From Octopus bimaculoides (lineage: Eukaryota): 64,000 nt of DNA. Under the pieces are notes generated by a model. It was not told the origin of the DNA. It did no database searches and worked only from the letters and a program-made list of their open reading frames with translations. Location of the stretch: contig NC_068988.1 in the NCBI RefSeq assembly GCF_001194135.2, forward strand, positions 44,916,663 through 44,980,662, written 5' to 3'. The position numbers were made by a program, and so were the translations under genes. Shown here in pieces: positions 1 through 12,029 of the stretch (within the stretch, counting starts at the first letter, position 1; each line of letters begins with the position of its first letter).

Positions 1-86
1 GCTGGTCAAGGTTCACATTAGATATATTTGTCATTTTTCCTTTGATAAAGGTAGCTTTTGCACATTTATCAAGGCCAAATTGCATC

Positions 87-88
<2 letters not shown>
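1..88 (-). mobile_element. R4/Dong-clade non-LTR retrotransposon, RT C-terminal fragment (continues off the window)
   Basis: Minus strand translates MQFGLDKCAKATFIKGKMTNISNVNLDQ, matching the post-YxDD M.FG.DKCA motif also seen at 37734-37800; its 5' truncation point abuts an (ATT)n tract. Confidence 0.75.
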
Positions 89-143
<55 letters not shown>

Positions 144-157
144 CATTATTATTATTG
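87..157. repeat. (ATT)n microsatellite
   Basis: Direct read. Confidence 0.95.
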
Positions 158-842
158 TCGTTGTTGTTGTTTAATATATCCATCTATTCGTTTTAAAAAA
201 GATGAGAAAGATACACTTTATTTTGAAGGGAATTTAGCAACTATATCTATGGAACGCATAGAGGCTCACTGACAATTGGTGGAAAATATTGGGAAATCTT
301 CTCCAGCGACAAGCATCACTTTGCTTTCTTCTTGTAACCTAAGGAATACGACATAATTCATTTACTGCAGGATTAGAATTACATTGGATTTCTTATTACT
401 GTATGTATGTATGTATGTATTTACGTACTTACGTATGCACATGCATGCATACATACATACATACATGCATGCACATACACACATATATATGTGTATATAT
501 ACATAACTAGATACGAATATGTATCTACCTATCTATCTATCGCTCTCTATGTATGTAAGCAGGTATGCATATATATATATATANNNNNNNNNNNNNNNNN
601 NNNNNNNNNNNNNNNNNNNNNNNNNNNNNNNNNNNNNNNNNNNNNNNNNNNNNNNNNNNNNNNNNNNNNNNNNNNNNNNNNNNNNNNNNNNNNNNNNNNN
701 NNNNNNNNNNNNNNNNNNNNNNNNNNNNNNNNNNNNNNNNNNNNNNNNNNNNNNNNNNNNNNNNNNNNNNNNNNNNNNNNNNNNNNNNNNNNNNNNNNNN
801 NNNNNNNNNNNNNNNNNNNNNNNNNNNNATATATACATAAAG

Positions 843-877
<35 letters not shown>

Positions 878-2446
878 GAGAGATGATTATATGAATGATA
901 CTGCTGCTAATTTAGTTGGTTTTGTTATTTTTACTTGTTCTAATTACCTCTGTTGTTGCTTTCTTTAGTATAATTTTTGTTGTAATTTTTGCCGTCGTCG
1001 ACGTCATCGTAGCCTTTGTTGTTGTTCTTTTTGCTGTAGCTCTTGTCAGTGGCAAATATCTTTTTAGAAGGTGTTTTATCATTTCTGATGCCTAATTTAA
1101 ATGCGTGCCGAAGGAAGTAAATTGATAGATTGATAGGTATTAACATACAAGCATACTTGTACAAGTGTGTGAATGTTGAAACTCGTGCAAACACCGCACA
1201 CATAGATGCAGACACACATATCACATATTGGCAAAAAAAGACAGATAATGATAGATCGATCAACAATAGTAGACAGATAGATAGACAGATAGATAGACAG
1301 ATAGTCAGACATTGATAGTGAAAGTTAGTTATGTAGACAGACAAATCTATTGATATATGCACACAATGAAATAGGCTGATGAGTAGCAAAATAATGCATA
1401 ATATACACACAGAGTGATATATAGTCACATAGATAGACCTGTAGACTGCAGGATGGACTTGTTGATAGTTTTCTGGCTACGTAGAGGGACAATTAGATTG
1501 AAAGATATATGGAAATACATATAGATAGATGGATATCAAAATGGATGCAAAAAAAAGAAAGAAATGGTGGAAGATGGATGGAATGGATAGATGAAGGGAC
1601 GAATAGTCGCAGAGACTAGTTGTTAGATTTTTAACAGTTATTTATTTCCGATTTTTCAAATAAAATTGTGGGAAACTTTCAAAGAATTTGTATTAAGGAG
1701 TTATTTATATTTTTGTGATTATTTTTTTATCATTTAAAGTGTCCTTTCCTATGCATACATGCACACACACGCACGCGCACATGCACGCACACACATGCAC
1801 ACACACACGCGCACATGCACACATACACACACACACGTACTTGCATATGTATATGTACAGATGTGTCCATGTATCTCTATGTATATAATTATATACATGT
1901 ATGTACTTTTATTTATATAGATATGTCTATGCGTGTATGTACTTACACACACATGTATATATGCTAATGAATATATATATATATATACATATACTTATAC
2001 ATCCTTACATATATATATATATATTGTATATGTATGTATATATGTGTATATATATATATGTATATATATATGTATATATANNNNNNNNNNNNNNNNNNNN
2101 NNNNNNNNNNNNNNNNNNNNNNNNNNNNNNNNNNNNNNNNNNNNNNNNNNNNNNNNNNNNNNNNNNNNNNNNNNNNNNNNNNNNNNNNNNNNNNNNNNNN
2201 NNNNNNNNNNNNNNNNNNNNNNNNNNNNNNNNNNNNNNNNNNNNNNNNNNNNNNNNNNNNNNNNNNNNNNNNNNNNNNNNNNNNNNNNNNNNNNNNNNNN
2301 NNNNNNNNNNNNNNNNNNNNNNNTATATATATATATACATATATTTATAAGCAAAGGAAAAGCAAGTATATTTAAGAAAACGTTTTGAGAAAAATGTAAA
2401 TTTAGCAACACATAGACAGGCACATAGATATCTTTATTGCAAGGTA

Positions 2447-2475
2447 GATAGATAGACAGAAAGACAGATAGTTAA

Positions 2476-2531
<56 letters not shown>

Positions 2532-2532
2532 T

Positions 2533-2569
<37 letters not shown>

Positions 2570-2574
2570 TGATT

Positions 2575-2658
<84 letters not shown>
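2447..2658. repeat. (AGAT)n followed by (AG)n microsatellite
   Basis: Direct read. Confidence 0.95.
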
Positions 2659-2661
<3 letters not shown>

Positions 2662-3236
2662 ATTGGTAGATAGATGGAAAAGAAATGAAATTATATAAGA
2701 AGAAACAGAGAGATAAAAAAAAAAGTTGTATAAATGAAATGAGTGGCATGTTTATTGCATTAGGAACAAAAAGTTAAAAACATAAATAAAAAAATATTAA
2801 ACAGACATAAAAATATATAAAAACATTAATGAGAAAAAACCTAAACAAAAACAAACACTAAATAACTTGTTTTCTTGTCACTTCTAGAATCAGCAATTCA
2901 TCATTTGTGCAGCGAAGTTGTTGCAGGAGAGCTGCTGTGCATTGTGCATAACAGAAACGATGCTAAAAGACCCCTGCATGTATGCCTCGTTTGTTCCGAC
3001 AACGTGTGTAGAATACCTCTCCTCCCCTCAAGTCCACCCTGACTGGCCTTGCATTACTTCGGTGAACATTGCTTGTCTCCTCCCTCATCTTTTCTTCTTT
3101 CTTTCTTTCTTTCTTTATTTATTTTTTATTTTTATTTTTTTTGCCTCTACCACTTACTGATACATTACTTCATACCTGGTTCGGGCTGTTGCTGCTCCTA
3201 CTATTCCTACTACTACTACTACTATTGTTGCTTCTG

Positions 3237-3274
3237 CTGATGATGTTGATAATGGTGATGATGATGAGGGTTAC

Positions 3275-3309
<35 letters not shown>

Positions 3310-3455
3310 CGACGACGTTTTAGTTGCTGTTAATGTTGCTTGTCTTTTGTTCGTTTTTGTTTAATTTAAATTGAAAATGAATAAAAATGATGACGACGAC
3401 CATGATGATGGTGACGATGATGTTGATGAGGATGATGATGATGATGATGATGATA

Positions 3456-3502
<47 letters not shown>

Positions 3503-3503
3503 A
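3237..3503. repeat. (GAT)n/(TGA)n trinucleotide tracts
   Basis: Direct read; source of spurious poly-M and poly-D ORFs. Confidence 0.9.
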
Positions 3504-3678
3504 GTAACAAATGCAACAAAGGAGAAAAGAAAGAAAAGAAAACATTATCCAGTAAAATAAAGAAAAGTAATAAAGATAACAGTATTCTGAAACTACACAG
3601 AGAGAAACACTCTAGTGGGTGTTTGCAATGCATCTACACACACACACAAACACACACGCACATAAACACACGCACACA

Positions 3679-3725
<47 letters not shown>

Positions 3726-5588
3726 TACTCTTGTTCATGCACTTACGCATGTAAACACACAAAACATTAAAGAATGAAGAAACATTCCGTACAAACCAGA
3801 GGCAAGCAGAGCCAAACCTGTTGTTGCTGTGAATAATAATTACTTAATAAAGCATAATGTCTTTTGCAAGGCAAATGGAGTCAAGTGACTTGACCAAGTA
3901 TAAAGCAGAAGACCTGAATAATAATTTATTTTCAGATAATTTTTTTCTTTGCAAAATCGTTTAAGTTGAGTTTCTTACTCAGAACGTGAAGCTAGCAAAG
4001 ACATTTGAGTAAAAAAATATTTGCTTTACCAAATCTTGTTTGACACCTTGAATTTTTTTAAGTTACAATGTTTTCAAAATTAATCTTCTGCAGATATTGC
4101 TCTGAGCAGACATGAACACAAATACATTGCTTAACAAATGGTGACTGAGCTGCTCTTCTTGACTAATATGGAGATTATTTAGGCATCTATTATAAATAAG
4201 TTCTGGACTGGCAAAATCATTCGTGCATTGGACAAAATATCTGATTGTCTAACTTTCACATCTCTCAGGCACTATCATCCTCTCTTGTTCATTATACCAT
4301 GCAACTCTGTGTATTGAATGATTTCATTTTATCTAATTATGCTCAATTCATACTACAATCCTTCTGTTTCTCATCTATCATAGACCTAACTGCAAGGGAT
4401 TGTATCAAACCTGTTTGTAGCTCATAAACTCACAGACTCATCCATCACCTAGTCTGTATTACTAGTCTTCACTCTTTCTCCTTTAGACCTGGCCATCATT
4501 GCTCCCCGCTTCTTTCTATCTTTCATTCATTCTTTGAATATATGGACATACTGTGAGTAGCAAGCAAGCAGCCTCATTAGTGCTAGAGCTGTGATAAAAT
4601 CTATCGAGTACGCTATGTGAAGTGTTTGGTGTACAAAGGGAGACATTGTATGTTTGAAGGAACCATGGGACTTGTTGAGAATTTGACAAATTTTCTAGTG
4701 CTAGTGCAACGATAAAACGAATCTAGTATACACCATAAAGAGCCCAGTATAAATGGAAGTGTGCAGCAGTTGTAGAAACCAAGTAGAAAATGTAAACTAT
4801 GAGTTAGATGTTGTGCTCAGACCTGTTTAGGGAGGGTAAAACGTTATGCTCTGAATACAATAGTACTTGAACTGTGATGACTCATTCAAATCATCTAACA
4901 TGGAAAGTGAACATAAAATGATGATGATGATGACGATGATATTGACGATGACGATGATATTGATGATGATGATGATGATGACGACGACGACGACGACGAC
5001 GATGATGTTTCTTTTGGCATTTTATATTCTGGATTCAGATACTACTAAGGTCATTTTTCGTTTTCCATTCTTCTGAGGTTGGTAAAACAAAGTACTAGTT
5101 CAGGGCAGTGGATTAGTGGAATCATGAGAGCCGTGTATTTATTCTTAATCTTTATATTCTGAGTTCACCTGCAATGAGACTGGTGTAAAGCTGTATAAGC
5201 CCATGTCTTTCCTTTGGGTAACATTGGTGACATAGAGAGGGTAGCTGTTAGTTATCAAAAGAAAAAAGAAAAAGCAACTTTTTCCTAAGCCTGTGTGTTG
5301 AAGAGGTTCTTACCTGGTGCAGATATAGTGTCAATTCTGGTTGATAGAGGCCTTAGCTAGACATAAAAGTGGGGGTGAGGTAGGGTGGACAGATATATCA
5401 GAGTTCAAACTGCTTGGAATCACATTAACTTTGTTATTCATGGATATGAAAGTAGTCCTTGATTTCTCTTTATATTTTAGTTTTGATGACAAGAATTCCA
5501 TCAATGAATGTGTCAAGAGAGTTGTTAGAAATGCTTAAGACAGATTGCACCAGCAAGTTGTTGACTTAACTGCAAGCATATGATGATA

Positions 5589-5770
5589 TAGGCGCAGGAG
5601 TGGCTGTGTGGTAAGTAGCTTGCTTACCAACTACATGGTTCCGGGTTCAGTCCCACTGCGTGGCACCTTGGGCAAGTGTCTTCTACTATAGCCTCGGACC
5701 GACCAAAGCCTTGTGAGTGGATTTGGTAGACGGAAACTGAAAGAAGTCCGTCGTATATATATATGTATGT

Positions 5771-5836
<66 letters not shown>

Positions 5837-6060
5837 GTATGTTTGTGTGTCTGTGTTTGTCCCCCCAACATTTCTTGACAACCGATGGTGGTGTGTTTAC
5901 GTCCCCGTAACTTAGCCGTTCGGCGAAAGAGACCGATAGAATAAGTACTAGGCTTACAAAGAATAAGTCGTGGGGTCGATTTGCTCAACTAAAGGCGGTG
6001 CTCCAGCATGGCCTTAGTCAAATGACTGAAACAAGTAAAAGAGTAAAAGAGAGTAAAGAA
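5589..6060 (+). mobile_element. tRNA-headed SINE family A, full length, internal (TA)n(TG)n
   Basis: Head TAGGCGCAGGAGTGGCTGTGTGG (A box) and GGTTCAGTCCC (B box-like); 3' part ...GGTGCTCCAGCATGGCC...ATGACTGAAACAAGTAAAAGAG; at least 10 homologous copies in the window. Confidence 0.9.
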
Positions 6061-6423
6061 TAATTTATAAATACATAAAAAATACACATTAAGTACAAGA
6101 CATCACCAACAAGTGAAAAATACATAAACACACGAGAGATAATTACAGGACAAAATACTAAAAGAAGAGAACTCCTCGTCAGTTGTTGGCTGTTTTATTA
6201 CTTCCTGTTTCTTGCTTTTCACTTAGTTGTGTTTTACCATAGCGTAATAGTTCTAACAGATAAAGCAGCTCCCATTTTCTGAGGAGGTTACAAGTGATTG
6301 TAATAACCAAATCTCAGTTCCTGAATGGTATGGTACTTTTTTATTGACCCCCAAAAAAGTGTTAAAAAAAAAAGGAAAATCAGCCATGGAACGATTTGAA
6401 ACTAGAATGTAAAATACAATAAC

Positions 6424-6828
6424 AGCAGGTGTGTCTGTGTGGTAAGAAGCTTGCTTCCCAACCACATGGTTCTGGGTTCAGTCTCACTACATGACACTTA
6501 GGACAAGTGTCTTCTAAAGTAGCTTCAGGCTGAACAAAGTGTTTTGAATGGATTTGGTAGGTGGAAACTGGAAGAAGTCTGTTGTATATACGAATATATC
6601 TATGTGCATGTGTCTTTGTGTCTGTCTCCCACCACCACTTGACCACTAGTGTTGGTGTATTTAAGTCGTCGTTATTTAGCAGTTCAGCAAAAGAGATAGG
6701 TTGAATAAGTAACAGGCTTTTGGAATAAAGTACTGGGGTCAATTCATTTAACTAAAACTTCTTCAAGGTGGTGCCCCAGCATGGCCGCAGCCTCATGACT
6801 AAATCAAGTAAAAGATAAAAGTAAAAAA
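6424..6828 (+). mobile_element. SINE family A, diverged copy
   Basis: Colinear similarity to 5589-6060. Confidence 0.85.
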
Positions 6829-7639
6829 TAAATGTAAAATGCTAAAACTAAATGTAAATTAGTATAAATAAAGGTATTTTACTGGACACCCTACCAGTTC
6901 TACTGACCAATTGTCCTTCAGCTTATTATCAATGTCAAGAGAAGTCAATTGAAACAGTGTACAAGATTAAAGATAGATATAACATGATCCCAATTTAAAA
7001 CATCAGTTGATGACTGAGAAATTGAAAATCCCTGCAGAAATTTCATTGTTTCAATTGTGCTTCAATTTGGTGTATCTGTGACAAAGAGGTACCAGAATTT
7101 AAGCAGGGAAAATTTCCTAGAATAGATTTACATCCAGTATAAGAAAGTTAATCAGGCTTAAACACTGATCAAATGGGTCCCTATCAAAAGATTATTAACA
7201 AAAATATTTTACTTGAGTGAAACTGTCTTAGATTATATATTCGTTATTGTTATTTTATTCTTCTTACACACAACAGCTGTATGTTCTTGAAACTGTAGGA
7301 TAGATACTTAACTGTGAATGAGAATAATACTCTAATTTTGTGATAAAGTAGCATGTAGTAATAACAACATTAGAATGTAAAAACCAGCTGCTTCAGTGTG
7401 ATAAAATAGACATAAATATATTCATTGTATGATTAATTTGTCTATTTAGTGTTGTAATATACTGAACAGTAAAACCATTTGTAACATGTGGTAAGTTTTA
7501 GTGATTTGGTAAAATGTTTACATTTTATGATAAAATGTCCAAGTCAATGCTATGTCTTCACACCAAGTCTTATATTAAAAAAGAGATAGATGAATTATTC
7601 TTATGTATTTATAAATAATTTAGCCTGTGGAAAAGAAGC

Positions 7640-7880
7640 AAGGCTGGAAACCTTTGCAGATCTTCCTAGACTGGGGAAAAGGGAAATGAGGTAAATGCAA
7701 GTAATTTTCAATCTGAATGCTGGATGGGAAAATATAAAGAGGAAGACTGCATCATGAGAAGGAACGAGAGGGAAAGTAATTAGAATGAGGTCCGATAGAG
7801 TTTGTGATATATAGTAGAATAAATATAGAATGATCAGGTTTGGGGGACCAAAAAACACTGCAGAAGAGAGAAAAAAATGA
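7640..7880 (-). mobile_element. Possible highly degenerate CR1/L2/Jockey RT remnant
   Basis: Minus strand SAVFFGPPNLIILY resembles the GSVLGPxLFxLY motif; otherwise poorly conserved. Confidence 0.3.
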
Positions 7881-9862
7881 CACAACTACTGATGGGCATA
7901 GCTTCAATAACATTGGTGAGTGAAGGGTATTGACATTGCTTAGCCTTTGTCTCTTTAATCAATTTGATTCTATGGCCAAAAACCTTTCAGTTACGATTAA
8001 CCCTTTCCCTTCTTTCTCTTAGTACACTAAGATATTTTTCAATGCATCTTTCATTTCTACCATGGTAGTGTAGTTCAGATGTTCATATTTCAAATTATGT
8101 CTATTATATTATGTTGCTTACAACAATTATATTTATGTCTTTTAGTTTTTATGTGCTGGTATTTATTAATATTAATATGATACATTATTGAACTTGTTTT
8201 GAAACGGTAAGTATTTATATATGTTGTAGTTATTTAGCACTAAGGCAATTCTGATTAAGCATCCCTGTAACCGAAAACATTATGATTGTCTGCTCCCATT
8301 TTTTTGACAGATACTGTCTATATCAAGGGCTACATTATCTAATTATTCTTCTCTTCTTTAAAGGCAGAAGCACGTTATATGAAGGTGACATGATTGCTAT
8401 TTATAGTGAGTTAGGTGACCACATAAAGTTACCCTCACCATTGTAGCAAGCACTTTTACTGTCATAAATTCATTTTTTGAGTAGCTACTAACTGAAATTA
8501 GGTGGAGTCTTAGCCTTTACTATTTAGGTCAGGCATCAGGTAACTTTTTAACCAATTACCCCAAAATATATTCTTTTATGCTGACATTACCGCACTTAAT
8601 TTGAAAGGAAGAAAATCACAGATTCTTTGAATTTAAGAAGTTTATTGAATCTATTTATATGGAGAATACAATAATAAATACAAAAAGTATAAAACAAATG
8701 CAACAAAATAAATTAATATCCTCATTATGAAACAAAAGGATTTTTCTAGAAACTTTTTCAATTCAGGTTTTGGAGAAATGATGTTATTCCTTTTCATTAC
8801 AATTACATCAGAATTGGGGCATTTTGATACCAGAGCAATTTGGATACAGTCTTTGGGATCCAGTCAATTACTCTGCTTTGTTTTTATGTTCATTAGAGTG
8901 GAAAAGGTAGGTTGTTTGCAAAGGTAGGTTGATGCAAAAGGCAGTAACCTTTTGACTGCCTCCTCAGGCTAGATGAAATAGTTCTGTTGTAACAAGGAAC
9001 ACGTTATTTTTATATAATTTTACATATGTCTAATGAGTCCCCATTACCTGCAAGAATTTAATTTTTACCTCACTTGAGGTAATTTACCCTGGTTCACTGA
9101 CACCTGATTTAGGTTGACTGATACTTTATTATTAATATACTTTTATCAAGGTGTCCATATGATTGTTGTTGTAGCTATAGTTATTTCGTTTTTACTGTCT
9201 ACATATTTTACTGAAACAGAATCCATGAAATATGCAGGATCTATTGCAAAAGATTAAGGAGTTACTTTTTCGCTTTTGATAAATTTGACTGATGTATTTA
9301 GATGGAAATGTAATTATGTAGTAGATCTCTCCATAACTTGTTTGTTATCCTCAACCAGTTCTTGTTATCCTCAACGGCGAGTGAGTTTTGCAGTTTCAAA
9401 ATTACTGCATATTAATTGAGTCAGCTTCTCTTTAGACTAAAAGCAAAAATTATAAATTATTCCAGTGTTTTCCATGATATACAAACTGAACAGTAAAGTG
9501 TATGCAGTATATTCTCAACACAGTTCATTGCTAATTAGACTGGTGCATGGACTACCCATGCTGATATATGATGTAATGGCTGTTAATAAAGATCTGACTG
9601 GTTACCTTCTAAATTTGGGTCATCAGCAACAGTACTATGGCTACTCAGCAACAGTAGCAGCTGTAGCAGCAGCAGCAATGACAACAACAACAGCAGTAGC
9701 AACAACACTATGTCTTTAGCAAAATTCTAATTTCAGATCTACTATTCAGAATATTAACCCACTCTATGGAAATATGGAAATATGCCACAATGTGTTTCAT
9801 CTACAAAGAGAACCTCAAGAAACTACTTCCCCCTTGTACAAACTTCTAATATCTCAAAGTTA

Positions 9863-10012
9863 CATTATTTACATTATTTACATTTGATGGATATTTGTCC
9901 TCATCTTGTTTGTTGTTAACACAACATTTCGGCTGATATACCCTCCAGCCTTCATCAGGTGTCTTGGGGAAATTTCGAACCTAAGGTATTTTTCGATGTT
10001 ATTATTATTATT
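9863..10012 (-). mobile_element. Inverted copy of a Penelope-type terminal repeat carrying a hammerhead motif
   Basis: Reverse complement of 10261-10410 with a 14-nt internal deletion. Confidence 0.85.
9919..9962 (-). ncRNA. Minimal type I hammerhead ribozyme motif (PLE type)
   Basis: Minus strand ACAC-CTGATGA-A-GGCTG(gagggtatat)CAGCC-GAAA-TGT-T-GTGT: stem I ACAC/GTGT, intact core, 5-bp stem II, minimal stem III. Confidence 0.75.
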
Positions 10013-10089
10013 ATATGCTTCAGTTTTCCTTAACCTTCTACCCAAAGGGATTGTCCTTTTGGGGAAATTTCAAACCTAAGGTATTTTTC

Positions 10090-10124
10090 GATGTTGTTGT
10101 TACTATTATTATTATTATTATTAC

Positions 10125-10172
<48 letters not shown>
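10090..10172. repeat. (ATT)n microsatellite inside the composite insertion
   Basis: Direct read. Confidence 0.95.
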
Positions 10173-10174
<2 letters not shown>

Positions 10175-10449
10175 GCCCAGCGTAGTGGTTAAGAGCATGG
10201 GCTACTAACCCCAAGATTCCGAGTTTGATTCCAGGAAGTGACCTGAATAAATAATAATAATAATAACATCGAAAAATACCTTAGGAATGAGAACTCAGGT
10301 TTGAAATTTCCCCAAGACACCTAATGAAGGCTGGAAGGTATATCAGCTGAAACGTTGTGTTAACAACAAACAAGATGAGGACAAATATCCATCGATTGTA
10401 AATAATGTAAATAATGTACGTAATTCCTCATCTCTTAAATATAGAACTG
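10171..10449 (+). mobile_element. tRNA-like head + (AAT)n + Penelope-type hammerhead tail (candidate SINE)
   Basis: GCGTAGTGGTTAAG (D-arm/A box), ATGGGCTACTAACCCCA (anticodon-arm-like, resembling tRNA-Ser GCT), CCGAGTTTGATTCC (B box-like), then CATCGAAAAATACCTTAGG...hammerhead...ATAGAACTG; followed by a TSD. Confidence 0.7.
10317..10360 (+). ncRNA. Minimal type I hammerhead ribozyme motif, core G5>A
   Basis: ACAC-CTAATGA-A-GGCTG(gaaggtatat)CAGCT-GAAA-CGT-T-GTGT; palindromic ACGT stem III intact. Confidence 0.7.
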
Positions 10450-10574
10450 TATCTCAAAGTTAATAGAAAAAATAAATAATTACTCAGTATCCATTAGAAT
10501 GGCTGTCATAGAGCTTAATTTACTGGAGTTCTGCTATCCTATACTATTCATCCATTGATTTGGAGGATTATAAT

Positions 10575-10830
10575 GACTGAAGTGTTGTTTTCCTTGATAC
10601 CAGCAATGGTTTCATCTATGTTTAGTTAGAGAAACTAAGTTATCTGGTTATAATCTACATCAGTCTACCATGTTTAGGATTAAAGTATTCCTGTCCAACT
10701 GCACCGCCTACATACAAACAGGAGCTCTCACTCTGTCTGCTAAAACTGGTGTATCTCAACTTTATGTTACATCTTGCTCACTCTTCCTTTGGTACATTAA
10801 TAACCCACATTCTTCACTTCTAACACTATA
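10575..10830 (+). mobile_element. Degenerate CR1/L2/Jockey-type LINE RT fragment
   Basis: With frameshifts reads VFLDTSNGF..EKLSYL..RIKVFLSNCTAYIQ..KTGVSQ..SLFLWYIN, like the FLDxSKAFD / GVPQG / LFLLYIN RT motifs. Confidence 0.55.
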
Positions 10831-11034
10831 GATAGCTTTGTAGATGATATGCTTCAGTTCTCCTTAACCCTCTGCCCAAAAGGGATTGTCATCTATATAC
10901 AAATGAAGCCCTTCACAAATTCTGTATCCATGAACACAAGTTTTGAGTGCATTTTTCAAATAAGAAAACTAACTTCTATCAACAATTCAAAGACTCAATC
11001 ACTACATTCATATATTAGGAAAGAATATCTGACA

Positions 11035-11350
11035 TAAGATCACCGCCTCTGATTCCCCTTCCCTTCTCAAAAGATCTTTGTCTTGCAAGTTACTTGGTGA
11101 CCCTGTCAGTGTAGGAGCCATTTAAAAATCATCCAGTTGACATTGTAAGGTGATTGGCATTTGGAAGGGCAACCAGCTGTAAAAACCTTGCCAAAACTGA
11201 CCTTGCCTGTGCTATAACCATGTACAAAGCACTCAGGCCATTCTGCTGGGTGGTTGCTGTTAGGAAGGGCATCCAACTGTAAAAATCATGCCAAAACATC
11301 CCATCCATACCAGCTTGGAAGGCAGACATTAAACGATGATGATGTTGATG
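11035..11350 (+). mobile_element. SINE family C (RTE-tailed), diverged with internal duplication
   Basis: TTAGGAAGGGCATCCA core present twice; ends CCAGCTTGGAAGGCAGACATTAAACGATGATGATG. Confidence 0.75.
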
Positions 11351-12029
11351 ATGGTGAATATTGTATATTACAATCTTTAGTTATTATTAACAAATATATT
11401 CGATCTCACAATTTCTGACAATTTCTAATGGTGCCTCCACACACACACACACACACATACAGAACAGTACTATAACTTGCATCATGAACATTCCTCCTAT
11501 GAGCCTGAAAATACTACAACTGTTATTGTATCAGAAGGCAAAGCACATGCAACTTTTTGCTCCTGTTGTTTTAGTTGTCTAAACATGGTACATTCACATT
11601 ACACCTGAGAAGTTGGCAGTATGAAAACGTCTCATACAATGGAGATTTCTTTTTATTTAATGCAGTATTTTAATGCCACAGTCATAAGTTCATATATGTA
11701 TTATCATCTTTATAACATTTGTATATTGCAGCTAATGCATATAAATATCTCGTTCTGACAAACTGAATACACCTATGCTGGACAACATTGAAACATTGTA
11801 CGGGGAAAAACAGTTAAAAATATATTCACCTGGGTTCAATATTGATAAAAATATTGATATTTGCTTGACTTTATTCCAGCAACAATGAGCACAAGAAGAA
11901 ATAAGAACAAAAGAAGAGAGATAAAGATAAAAAGCAATTAAACACGAAGACAAGGAATACACATGTGCTGTTGATGTTAGTTCCCTAGTCTCTGCTTAAC
12001 AATAGCATTCAGAATCACGTAATAAATGA

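Noticed and set aside
8727-8927. 66-aa ORF ending at a good AAG/GTAGGT donor
   Set aside because: The peptide is compositionally intron-like, the acceptor is ambiguous and there is no phase link to other candidates
9040-9070. Minus-strand TTCTTGCAG/GTAATG as a recursive splice site
   Set aside because: Short pyrimidine tract and non-consensus donor; expected by chance
10171-10245. tRNA gene
   Set aside because: No closed acceptor stem and a degenerate T-loop; better explained as a SINE head, as are the heads of families A, B and D
11601-11633. ACACCTGAGAAG...GAAAACGTC hammerhead-like string
   Set aside because: The core is incomplete and neither stem I nor stem II can pair
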